A stretch of DNA of 64,000 nucleotides from Selaginella moellendorffii (taxonomy: Eukaryota > Plantae > Lycopodiophyta), in contig NW_003314298.1 in NCBI RefSeq assembly GCF_000143415.4, positions 789,014-853,013 of the forward strand. The letters are read 5' to 3'. Below are positions 25,569 to 37,262 of the stretch, piece after piece. The notes beneath the pieces are model-generated. The model did no database searches, had not been told where the DNA came from, and saw only the letters and a program-made list of their open reading frames with translations. A program made the position numbers and the translations under genes. Every line of letters starts with the position of its first letter. Position 1 is the first letter of the stretch.

Positions 25569-28500
25569 TCAAAACAAGTAGCTGGATGAGTCGAGCCCGT
25601 TACGTACGTCTTTGGAGAGCATCGAGCGTGCTTCCATCACAGATCGAGGAGGCTCCAAGTCTTTTTCATGAAGAGAATTCCCTTGCAACCGCTGCATCTG
25701 CGATGCAAAGATGTCGTCCAAAACCTTCGCAAAGCAGTAAAAGAAATTAAATGACATGAGCTCACACGACTTCGAAATTTTTTAAAACATACCCCAAGAG
25801 CAAAGCACGAGGATTTGTACCACGACCTGTTCTCCTTTCGGTTCTCCAGAAAATGAAGCACGTCCTGAAGAGAAGAGCGCGTCAAAAACACAAGCGAAAA
25901 AAACGAGCTGAATACCTTCGCCATCCGATCCCAGTAACCTCGAGAAACGGCAACGAAGACTCGTGTAGTAAACACTTCGTGAAGATGTGAGATTGTTTCA
26001 AGAAGCTGAGTGTTGAGATGTTGCATGCGTTCTCGCATATCGGTTTCTCCAGCGGCTTCTCTTGTATCTTCCAAGATCCTTTTCAGCTTGGTGCTCGGAT
26101 GAAGCCGCGCCTGCAGCATGAAGATGTAAACAATGAAAGTAACGAAAACATCTTACGTTATCTGCTAGCTTTTCCACAATTGCTTGGAGTAGACTCCTGT
26201 ACTTCGTTCGCAATGCGACCGTCACTTCGTTCAGCCGCTCCCCGAAGACCATCTTTCCAAGAGAAGCACCGTCAACAGGGAGGCATGCAACCCATGCTTT
26301 CAATTGCGTCTCTAGCTTTGGACGCAATGTGTCCAACAACCGCTTTATTGTGTTGAGAACAACTCCGAGCTGTTAAATTTATGATAGTCATTAGGATCGA
26401 GCCAGCGAATACGCGACTGAAATCTAGGATACTTACCTGGTTAGGCACACTATATAGTGTCAGAGACCTCCGCCTTGCTAGCTTCTGCATATATTGCAAA
26501 GTGAACTTCTTTGGTACCATCACTTCTTTCAACGGCACAAGAACATCTGCGTAGTGCTTCTCCAATGCAGTTAAGACGGCCCTTTCGACGTCAGCCACCG
26601 CCTACATGAAAATAAACATTGAGAATAGATTTAAAACATAACAGTCGGGTCACCCTTACATTCTCTAGAACAAATGTGTACTCTGGCCAGCGGCTGATAA
26701 TCACGTCATACTCGCTTAGTGTTTCTTTCATTCTTTCATAAACCTCCTCAACGAAAGGCGCAGTACCGTGTTGAGTTGTTACACCAGCTAGGCGCACCTG
26801 CAGGAATTTGTCAGATACGCAGCTAGTATGAAAAAGCGCTTAACTTTATCGAATTTGCAGACTTCCAATAATTGAAGTCTTTTTTCTTGAATCCACAGAA
26901 CGATGTAGAGGTGAAACAGGTCTTTTGCATCCACACCTCCCTTGACAGACCTGCAATATTCCTTACATACACTTGTCAGAAATCCTGCTCGTAAACATTT
27001 CTTACTTTACACCCCATGACGACAAGTCACGCTGGAAATTAGCCGTCGCGATAAGTAGATCCGCAACAGGTGGCGATGGGCTCGAAGGGGGACAGGCGAC
27101 CAGAAACGCTCGGAGCCGATTGCAAACCTCCACATTGTAGATGCTCGCCGTTATGTTCGGCAAGTCAATTGAGCTGCAAACAATAACTTGAGGCTGCTAC
27201 AACGAAAGTTCAGAGTCGAGTACCTTGGAAGTACATGTTGGTTGTGGATTTCCATGTCCGTGGCAATCTCTGCGCTAACACAAGAGCACAGATTTTTCAT
27301 TTTAAGGTATGCGGTGGCAAGTGACAGGGGATCCGCCAAAAACCCGTCATTTGTAGTCGCAACAAATTCATCAGTTTCCGCCATGAGTCGCTTGCATCTT
27401 TTCCTCGCAGCAGTCTGATCAGAAACCACGTAAGAGAAAGAAAATCATCTCAAGTTCTTGCCTGGAAGTAATTGCGAAGCGTCGCTTGCGCTTCTGTCGA
27501 GAGTATGTCGTTCAGCAAGGTAAAAACTTGCACTGCCGGTGAGAGACTGGGTGCAGCTACACCAGACGGCGGCTGGAAAAAATCTATAAAACCAGAAGGT
27601 GATGACTCGTCGAGAGACTTGTAGTTCTCAAAAACAAAAGCCAGAAGTTGCGAAAGTTGTTCTTCAACATCTGCAAAAATCCGTTTCTAGCGAGCAATAA
27701 TCGTAAGTACTCAGTTCTTTTGTACAACGCGATCTTACCTCCTGTCGATTAAGCTCACTCTCATCCCTCGCAGTGATAATAGGAATCAACAGCTCATAAA
27801 TCAATGATAGGCAATCTTCGGTAGGCGTGGCCACATCCATGACACATGCAAGGTACCTGAAGGACTCCATTCAGGCGTCTCAGTTTGAAATCGAAAGCGT
27901 ACCTCAGTTTCGTGTAAATGTCTGAAACACCGTAATACACAGCAAACTCGCACAGAAGCCATTGCCAGGACCCATACAATCGTAGCCTTCGCCGTCCAAA
28001 TTGGTGCACTTTCATAGCCACCTCCAGAACAATGTCGTAAGCGACAGTCTCCCCTACAGCACCCCACTGAAAAAGATAAACGCACATAAGAACGCTAGAG
28101 AAAAAAAGCAAGATTTAGTCACCTTTCCCGGGCCTAATTCCGACGATGTCGTAACATAGCTGATAAACAGCTGCAATTTTCCAACGCATTCATGATCGGG
28201 CTCGTTATAGATTGGCCACCACCGCACACGGTCGCTCTGAAACATTCACGGGTTACTTGTGTTTGAAACATAAATAAGGAATACATTACCATCTCATCCG
28301 TAGCTGAGAGTTGAGCAGTAGCACGACCAAGTAAGGATCCTTTGCAGTCAGAAACTTCGACTAGCAACTCATCCGCTGTAACTTCCGGGTGGCTGTTAGA
28401 AAAAAGAAAGAACTCAAATCAGTCTCTTTCTTTTCTCCAATTCGAAATAAATAAATCCACTTACAAGATGGACACTTCTCCACCACCAGGTTGCACGCGG

Positions 28501-29793
28501 ACAGCCTCACTTTCGGGAGAGCTTCTCAGCTTCAGCACGCAGAAATACGAATCTGCGAGCAAATGTGGTTCGTTGGGAAAAGATGCATGAAAATCTTCAC
28601 CTTGTGACTCTAGGAGCGACGCACTGCGCAAGGTGTTTACTCCAGCTTTCAACAGCCCGGAAACCTGTCTCATATACTGTGCTCCAGTATTCAAGTAGCC
28701 GCTGTTTTGCACGTTTGACGGCCCTTGCATGCTGTTTGCTCGCAACGGTTGACGAGGAATGACGCGAATCTTCCTCACTGCCCCCCAGCCCGACCAAAGT
28801 TTGTTAGAAGAGCGTCTACCCACAGAATAAACGTTGGAAAAGGTTTCGGCGAGAGATGGAAACTGGCATCCGGAACGCATCCTCATAATCAACTTCACTT
28901 TACGAACTGCTCCCAACCCAGCACAGAATTGTGCAGATTAGAATGCTAGCTCACACCTCATTCCTCCCCATCCTCCACCCTTGGAAATGACAAAAAGGAA
29001 ATGAAATCACGTACCTTGCACTTTGACTTTCCCAACAGTCGCTTTTGCTTTCGATCCCGATCGAGCGTCCACATCATATTGCGACTCCTTGGTCGACGAT
29101 TCCCCGTACGGCTGTAGAAGAAGTTGTTGCAATCTGAGAAAACCATGAAAAGCATGAAACCAAAGAAGAAAAATGAAAAGCATATTACCCGAAACTTGTC
29201 CGGAGTAGAATGCACTCGTCACGCAAAAACTCGGGAGCCTCGGCGCAGCCTCGAGACCAAGCATGAAGGCACAGGCGAATGCAAGCCTCGTAGGCGATGA
29301 TCGCTTGCCATGCAGCGTGGCCACTGTCAAGCGTTGATATCTTTGTGCTCTCAAAGTCGGAAGAAGCTGCTGTTGGTGCTGTTGTAGTCGCTGCTGCCGC
29401 TGCTGCTGTCTCTCCTCCATCGAAATTCACTCCTCCATCGAAGTTTACTGCTCCTCCATCGAAATTTACTGCTCCTCCGTCGAAATTCACTGCTCCTCCA
29501 TCCAAATGTATTGCTCCTCCATCAAAGTTTACTTCCGTGGACGCAGACTCTTCTTCTTGATCTTCTTCCTCTACCTGGTCAAGTGCCGAGATCTTTGCAT
29601 TCTCAAACTCGGAAGAAGCAGTGGATGTAGTGGCTGCTGCTGCCGCAGTAGCTTCGCCGTCGAAGGTTACATCCGTGGACACATACTCGTCTTCTTCTTC
29701 CTCTACCTCGAATGCCGAATCCCGATCCTCCCTGAAGCTCTCCACCTGGCGAACCCACTGGAGAGCGCTGTGATCTAGCCCTTCCGTGAACAT
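25569..29793 (-). CDS. Conserved plant protein of unknown function (At4g24610/At5g48310-like; C2-like middle and helical C-terminus), about 20 exons
   Basis: MFTEGLDHSALQWVR, AWQAIIAYEACIRLCLHAW, ETVAYDIVLEVAMK, SRGYWDR, FLENRKENRSWYK, DLEPPRSVMEARSML; family assignment from recall. Confidence 0.82.
29330..29710 (-). repeat. In-frame coding repeats: 21-bp (NFDGGAV)-type array nested within a duplicated acidic/Ala-rich module
   Basis: EVNFDGGAIHLDGGAVNFDGGAVNFDGGAVNFDGGVNFDGG; modules ..STDVTFDGEATAAAAATT..SSEFENAKISALD and ..STEVNFDG..ETAAAAAATT..SSDFESTKISTLD. Confidence 0.9.
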
Positions 29794-29923
29794 CCCTAGC
29801 TACCTACGATCTACCGCTTGGCGCGCCGCGGTGCCGTCCCTCTCTCCTCTCCCCGAGCGAGGGCTTCCGGCGTGACCTAAAAATGAGGAGCCGACAAAGC
29901 AGCTCAAGCATTTCAAATGCCCC

Positions 29924-29937
29924 ATGCCACGTGGCAT
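29924..29937. promoter_or_regulatory. Perfect 14-bp palindromic G-box ATGCCACGTGGCAT
   Basis: Exact palindrome about 130 nt upstream of the 29793 ATG. Confidence 0.6.
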
Positions 29938-30045
29938 AGTTACCGTTGGCTACAGTTTCTAGATTTATTTTAAAGAAAAAGGGTATTCACCACAAACCCT
30001 AATCCATATCTATGGGGCGATTCAAACTCTAGAAACAATCTAAAT

Positions 30046-31644
30046 CATGTTTTGATCAACTAACTATTCAGGCTAAGGAAGGGGCTCTGGAGGCTAAGGG
30101 GAAGGCTCTCCAGGCAAAGAAGGAAACGGGACGACTAAGGGAAGAGTTGGAAGTGGGAACTGAGCGGTTGAAGGTGGTTGAGGCGGAGGCTAAAAACGCG
30201 ACTAAACACGCGGATCTCGAGGGTCAGAAGGAGGCGAACATACTGAGGGAAGAGTTGGAAGTATGAAAGGCATGGTTGAATCTCCGTTGTGAGGCGGCAG
30301 CTCTCCCTCCGGAAGAAGAAGGTGGCTCTGCAGAGCTCAAAAGAAAGCTTGACGAATTGTCCAAGTTGCTGGAAATGAGTAAGTTGAGCTGCTGTGCAGT
30401 TCGGATCGTACCCTTGGAACGACATCGTCCAACAATTCCAACTGCCTTCCTTGGGTGTGAATGGCGGGCGTAGAAAAAGAAAGAACGCAAATCAGTCCGC
30501 GTTTCTTGAAGACAGTTCCTGAAGGTCTGCGCATACCACTGCGTCCTTCAACGCTCGAGAGGTTGATGAGTTTCATATCGAAAACCTTCTTGGAGGCTTT
30601 GAGCGACAAGGGCGGTTTGCGTTGAGATCAACCTGGGACCGCTGGCTAAGGGATACCATGCAGCTGTGGCAAAAAGACTTCTGGGACACGTCTGTGAGGA
30701 CGTGTACGGGAAGCAGACGACCAGATAATGTGCTCTTCGTTTTGAACGACAGGCCTCTGGTGATTATATCAGAAGAAAAGAAAGATAGGTGAAAATCCGG
30801 TGCTCGAGATAACCGCTAAGATTAAGCCAGTTTGGATGTATCACGGGGTGGATTACATTCTCGGATATGCTGCGAACGGCTTCAAAGTTCAACTGATGGC
30901 AATAACAGCAGACCCGGCTCAGAAGTGCAAGTTTGGCAAATCAAAGTGCTGGGAACTTCTAAAGCTGGAGCTGGATGGTATGCATCTTCAACTTTGCTTG
31001 CATTGTACTCAGTGTTCATCAGGCTACTTGAGGCACATAACGTGGCGCTAGACCAGTATACTCTCAAGACCAAAACGAAGTTGATGGACATAAGTCAGTC
31101 AAGAAGACATACGAATCCGCTGTGGTAAGTCATCTGCCGTTTCTGATCATGGCTTACTGATTTGTCCATTTACAGAGGTGAAAGATATGTATGCCAAGTT
31201 GGCTTTGAACGATCCAGCAAAGACAGTGATGTCTGCAAAACGACACGAACGACGGTTCAAGAGTTAGTGATGGCATTGCTTGACGTGATCAACACCTTGA
31301 AGGATATTCATTGGATGCAAAGGGATATAAAGAACTTCGACACAGGTACATTGATTTCAATTCATTAAAGTTTCGCATTTTCATTTGTGACTACAACTTA
31401 GGTACTTGGTGGCTCATTGATGTTGACAATGCATCCACTACGCCTCAAGACACAGGTGTCCACTACCAGCCATGCGCCAGAGATCACGGAGGAGCATGAC
31501 TATCGAGTGGACTTGTGGTCACTTGGGTACTTGATGCACGAGATCAAGGAACTGCCAGCTTCACTGGAGGAACTAAAAAAGACACTCAAGAGTGACGATC
31601 CAGATGATATGCAAAGCTCGGAGAAGGCAAGAGAAGTGTTGTAA
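30046..31644 (+). pseudogene. Decayed Crinkler-type coiled-coil + restriction-endonuclease-like + protein kinase gene
   Basis: Fragments RPDNVLFV...IISEEK, YILGYAANG, W(M)QRDIK, WWLIDVDNA, HAPEI, VDLWSLGYLM, separated by stops and frameshifts. Confidence 0.6.
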
Positions 31645-31892
31645 GCACATCTTTTAGTAAGTGCTATTTAATTTCTAATGCTTTCTCTTAAATACTTTGA
31701 CATGATAGCACCATCAAATCTCATCAAAAGAAGCAGCAGGGGTTTAAGAGTAGGAGAAGAGTGATGTCTTTTTGGCCATTGCTGAAGAGTTAGCTGAATA
31801 GGTGCAAACAGAATTGTAAACATTTTGGTTTGAACAGAGTTTTATTACTTATTATTTATTAATTCAATTGGAAGTTTATGATTATTTAGTAT

Positions 31893-32066
31893 TGTGAGTG
31901 CATGGAATATGGAAAGGGAATACAGAAATGTGCATATCCATTAACCCAAAAACCCTAGCTTATATACAGGAGCGAGTGGTCCGGATTGAAACCAATCCGA
32001 CGGCTACCAAAATTCACTATGCTAATATTAGTATACGGCATCGTAGTCGTACACTTGGCCTTCACA
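31893..32066 (-). repeat. 3' LTR
   Basis: TG...CA, 174 bp, 7 mismatches to the other LTR, preceded by PPT on the minus strand. Confidence 0.95.
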
Positions 32067-32098
32067 TCATCCCCTCCTCTCGGAATAATGGAAGGCCG

Positions 32099-35000
32099 TC
32101 AGGGTTCTCTTGTAGATAGGTCGGGATCTGGAGGAACGTCAGGAGGAGGCATCGGCGGATCTGTAGACGGTTTTAACTGCTCCTGATCCCTTTGTATGAA
32201 GCGTTTTAACCGCTGCACATGCACAATCTCCGGAGGATCGGTTTGCTGAATGTCATGCCGAACCTCATAAACTTGCGGTCCAACTTGCCGCAACACCCAA
32301 TACGGTCCTTTCCACTGCGCAAGGAGCCCCTTAGATAAACCACGTACCGTAAGATGGGGAAAACGAACTAACACCAAATCATTCACTTTGTACTCCACAG
32401 GTGGACGATGATGGGAGTTGTAGCGCCGTTGTTGTCCCACTTGTACGCAGCCTAAGTGTTTGGCAGACTCTGCTCGGACAAGTGGAAGAATGCTTGTCAA
32501 ATACTGATCCCATGACCTAGCATCAGGAGCTCGTGGCAATCGCGAAGGTAAACCCAACTCTGTTGGTAATATTGGATCATGACCATATAAAAGTTTATAT
32601 GGTGAAGCACCAACAGAACTCTGCACCCCTGTGACATAGGCATATCGAAGAGACGGCAAATAACCATCCCAATCCGAATGCTGAAAGTTCACATACTTCG
32701 AAATCATCCCTTTGAATGTCCGAACGAGCCGTTCCACCAGACCATCTGATTGTGGATGATAAGCACTCGTAAAAGTGTGGCGTATCCCGAACCGAGATGT
32801 CAAAACATGAAATACCTCAGCCATAAATGCAGGACCATTATCCGAAAGAATCCGCTCTGGACAGGAATGCTGGAACACCACTCGATTGAGGAGGAAGTAT
32901 CCAACAGCAGTTGCAGAGGCACTAGCAAGAGCACCAACTTCCACCCAACGAGTCAAGTAGTCAGAAGCAATAATAACATACTCATTGCCAGCAGTCGATC
33001 GTGGAAAAGGTCCCATAAGATCAAACGCCACCAACTCAAATGGACGGGAAACTACAATTGACTCCAACCGTCCTTCCGTAGCACAAGGGGGAGTATTACG
33101 AGCTTGGCACCAAACGCAGCTACGCACATACCGGATAATATCATGTCGCATCTCCGGCCAATACAAAGACCTGCGCAGCTTCTCGGTGACACGACGGTGT
33201 CCCATATGCCCACCTAGAACAGGAGAATCATGGTAGGCATGGAGAAACCGCGGAATAAACACCGAAGGTACCACCAGTCGTAAATGATCATCAGGATCTG
33301 TCCCCACAAAATAAAGAAGGCCATCTTCAAGGCGATATTGAGAATGTAAATGCCGGAAAGGCAAGTCATCAGCAAGTGATGCAAGATTCTCAAACCCATC
33401 TCGAAGCCTTCGAATCCACGGCTCAATCTTTTGAGCCTCGCGAACCTCCTCAAGAGAAGGCAGATCTTGCTCTGCACCCTGTGGACACTGAACGTCAAGG
33501 ACAGCAACCGCCAACGGCACAGAATCCTCATCTAGAAAATCCACAGATGCTGGAACAACAGGTTCGTCAGAATGATGAGAAGTGAGTGGAGAAGGAAGAG
33601 GAGCTCAAGAAAGGGCATCAGCATCAGCCATAGAACTCCCTGGGCGATGAACAACATCGAAATCATATATCTGAAGCTTCAAAGCCCATCGAGCCGTACG
33701 ACCAACCAGGTTCTTCCGCTTCAATAATGAAGTAACAGCAGCATGGTCACCTTCAAGTAACGTCCGAGAACCATGTAGATATGCATGAAGTTTCTCAAAA
33801 CCCCAGACTGCTGCTAAACACTCCTTCTCCGTCGTGGAGTAGTTCATCTCCGCTGGTTGTAATGTACGGCTTATGTATGCAATGGGATGGCGCTGACCAG
33901 GCACACTCGAGCTCTCTTGCATCAACACACCTCCAAGACCAATGTCAGAAGCATCCACGCGCAAAATAAAAGGTCGAGTGTAGTCAGGATATGCCAAAAC
34001 TGGAGGAGTCGTCAATAGCTCCTTGAGATCCACGAACGCCTACTCACAATCCAGAGACCAGATGAAAGATGACGTTGATGACTTCAGCAACGCTCGCAAT
34101 GGTGTAGTGCGATCGGAAAGATGATCCACAAAACGACCAAGATACTGCACCTTACCCAAAAAGCGCTGCACATCATTCACACACTTCGGAGTAGGGAACT
34201 TTAGAACAGCCACAAGTTTGTCAAGATCAACTTGCAAACCCTCACGAGAAATACGGTACCCAAGATAAGTTGTGTCCTTGGACCCAAACACGCACTTCGA
34301 CCGCTTCAGCTTTAAACCAACGTCGCGTAGCTGATCCAACACTTTACAAACATCACGAACGTGCTCCTCCCACGTCCCCTCCGAGTGGATCAAAACATCA
34401 TCAATGAAGTCAACAGTCACCTCCGGCATATCGCAAAGAACCTCGTCCATCATCCGCTGGAAAGTTGCTGGAGCATTGTTCAAACCAAACGGCATCACCA
34501 AGAACTCGTACAAACCAAATGGTGTACGAAAAGCAGTCTTAGGAATATCTTCTTCGGCCATCGGTACTTGCCAATACCCAGAAGCAAGATCTAGCTTGGT
34601 GAACCAACGACTCCGCCCCAGACGATTCAAGAGATCAGCAGTGTGAGGAAGAGGATACACATCTGGGATCATCACTTCGTTTAACGGACAATAGTCGATG
34701 CAAAAACGAATACTCCCATCAGGCTTCATCACAAGATGAGGTTCACATCCCAAGGACTCCGTGACTTCCGAATAACACCCTTTTCCAGCATTTCCTTGAC
34801 GTTTGCTCGTAAAATTTTGATCTCCTTAGGTGACCTACGACAAACAGGAACCTTGATTGGACGAGCATCCCCAGTTGGAATTGGATGACATGTGGCAATC
34901 TTGGCCCCAGACGATAGGTCAAATTCAAAGAGATCAGAATACTCCTTCATGAGCCGGTCAACTGCTACAACACAAAGATCGTCGGAGGGATCGGAAAAGG

Positions 35001-35586
35001 GAAAAGCAGAACAAGATGGAAACACAGAAGGAAAGAGTGGGGAAACAAAAGTAATGGAAGCAGAGGTAGAAGTAGAGGGACGAAGAGGTATGGAAGTGAG
35101 AGGAATGGATGAAACATAAGGAAGTATGAGACAAGGGGGAGAAGCCTCAAAGTCACACTTGGCATGATTGCGCTGCAACCAATCCATACCAAGAATGAGG
35201 TCAAAAGCTTGACTCGGCACCACCCGCAACGACTGCAACTCAAGCTCGAGATCGCCCACACGCACAACCAGGTCCACCTCATCCTGTGCACATGCATGTG
35301 TACGGCCGTTGCCATAAAGAATGAAAACTGGTTCTGCCGCACGACGCAAGTGTAGACGACAACGTGTGGCAACAGGTCGAGCAATAGAAGATAAACTCGA
35401 ACCTGTATCAACCAACACGGAGAGAATAATAGGAGACTTCTTGTTATAAAAACGAGCTTGGAAAGTAAAAACTGGATGAACTGGTGCCGAGTGAACCCCT
35501 TGATGATACTCCCGAAAGAAAGATGGAGGGGTCACTGATTTATGCGCGCAAGGTCCCTCCGTTACTCGTGTGACTCCTCGTTTCCC
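32099..35586 (-). pseudogene. pol: Pol (PR-RT-RH-IN) with one frameshift near 34750 and two in-frame stops (34040, 33605)
   Basis: ORF pieces 34729-35697, 34040-34753, 33605-34033, 32099-33544; the last three share a frame. Confidence 0.9.
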
Positions 35587-36494
35587 AGATGCATCTCGGT
35601 GTCCAGACCTTCTACTGCAGCAGCACCCAGGGGACGTTGATGACGCCAAGGTCTCCACCCAGGAAATGGAGGTCGCCAATCCGGAAAACGACGGCAACGC
35701 CGATAAGTATGACCAACTTCATCACACGCCCAGCAGCGAACATCACGGCCACGACCACGTCCTCGCGCTTGTCCTTGGACTCGAGCAGCAGCAGCATCAA
35801 CCTCCATTGGAACAGGACCATCACCCATAAGAAGTGGAGCGGAAGGACGTGCAGCGAGAAGTGGAAGAGGCGACGTCTCATAACGTTGTGCCAAGCGAAG
35901 AGCATCGTCAAGGGTGGCAGGAGCAAGTGCATGCACAAGTCCGACAAGATCTTGACGAAGTGCTAGCCACAACATTCCTAGCTTGATCCGCTCTGACATA
36001 TTTGGCTTCGCACGAAGCAAAAGACTTCGGAAACGAATGCCAAATTGCATCACCGACTCCAATGGCCCTTGGCGAAGACGATGCAATTGTTGGAAAGCAT
36101 CATTACAATCATCGGCATGTCCGAAGGCGCGTTTGAAGACGTCCGGGAGAACACTCCAATCCCCACGAGTAGCTACGCTCAAACCATTGTACCACTGCAA
36201 TGCCGTCCCATGGAGACACGTGGGAAACTCACGCAATTGTCGAGCATCATCCCAAGAATGATATGTGGCAATCACCGTAAAGTGATCGAACCAATGGTAC
36301 ACATCATCCCCAGGATTCCCGCGAAAGAACTCCGGTCGAACGCGAGGATTGGCACCAAGAGCAGGAGGAGTTGTACCACGTGCCGTGAACGCTGCCATCA
36401 ACTGAGTTTGGTTGTTCAATTGCAAGTGCATAGCATCAAGCAATTGAACCAACTGCTGCTCTAGAGTCAAAGGAGGAGATTGTGGATCGGCCAT
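35562..36494 (-). CDS. gag: Gag
   Basis: Retrotransposon gag motifs (FRGNPGDDVYHWF, LRQGPLESV) and CX2CX4HX4C knuckle. Confidence 0.88.
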   Translation of the reverse strand: MADPQSPPLTLEQQLVQLLDAMHLQLNNQTQLMAAFTARGTTPPALGANPRVRPEFFRGNPGDDVYHWFDHFTVIATYHSWDDARQLREFPTCLHGTALQWYNGLSVATRGDWSVLPDVFKRAFGHADDCNDAFQQLHRLRQGPLESVMQFGIRFRSLLLRAKPNMSERIKLGMLWLALRQDLVGLVHALAPATLDDALRLAQRYETSPLPLLAARPSAPLLMGDGPVPMEVDAAAARVQGQARGRGRGRDVRCWACDEVGHTYRRCRRFPDWRPPFPGWRPWRHQRPLGAAAVEGLDTEMHLGNEESHE

Positions 36495-36738
36495 GAAGAT
36501 GAACGAAAAAGAAAGAGCAAAAGAAGAGAAATGATAAAAAAGCTGGAAAGAAATGGTAGATCTAGACAATGCAAAAAGCTAGATCGAAACCAAAATCCTA
36601 AAAGGAAAGAACAAAAGAAAGGAAATGGAAAAGGCTAGATCTAAACCGAAATCCCAAAAAGCTAGATCTAGACGATGCAAAAGCTAGATCTAAACCGAAA
36701 TCCCAAATCCAAGCACTCCCCAGGGACAATCAAAGGTG

Positions 36739-36754
36739 CCCCTCATCTCCACCA
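36739..36754 (-). promoter_or_regulatory. Primer-binding site complementary to the tRNA-Ala 3' end
   Basis: TGGTGGAGATGAGGGG versus tRNA-Ala 3' end CCCCGCATCTCCACCA (one mismatch). Confidence 0.75.
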
Positions 36755-36755
36755 A

Positions 36756-36929
36756 TGTGAGTGCATGGAATATGGAAAGGGAATATAGAAATGTGCATAT
36801 CCATTAACCCAAAAACCCTAGCTTATATACAGGAGTGAGTGGTCCGGATTGAAACCAATCCGACGGCTACCAAAATCCACTACGCTAATATTAGTATACG
36901 GCATCGTAGCCGTACACTTGGCCCTCATA
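36756..36929 (-). repeat. 5' LTR
   Basis: 174 bp; outer terminus mutated (plus-strand CA to TA); followed by PBS on the minus strand. Confidence 0.95.
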
Positions 36930-37262
36930 GTATTATTAAATAATCCAATTGATCAATAATTATAAACAGGTTTATATGTTATAAATCAAGATTAATTAAA
37001 CATGAAAGAAGTGTTTAAGAAAGTTTATACATTATAAACATGTTTATAAATTATAAATACAGACTTAATCTAATGAATAACAACTAATCTATTATTAAAT
37101 GGTAGAATAAACTAAAATATGTTTAATAAAATTTATAAATTATAAATATAAAAGTAATCTAAATAAATACTATCATATTTTAGGTCTGGCATGGAAGCAA
37201 ACCATCGAATGGTTTGATACACTTTAAAAAGAAATTATGTGCCATGATAGAATCAATGGTAG

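Larger units (their letters stand above)
31893..36929 (-). mobile_element. Full-length Ty3/gypsy LTR retrotransposon (no chromodomain), inactivated
   Basis: Paired 174-bp LTRs; PBS; PPT gagaggaggggatga; gag (CWACDEVGHTYRRC), PR (DTGS), RT (FIDD), RNase H, then IN (HHCC, D-D-E, GPY); GTAT flanks both ends. Confidence 0.97.

Noticed and set aside
29410-29535. Regular short repeats considered as a CRISPR array
   Set aside because: No unique spacers, in-frame coding, eukaryotic context, no cas genes
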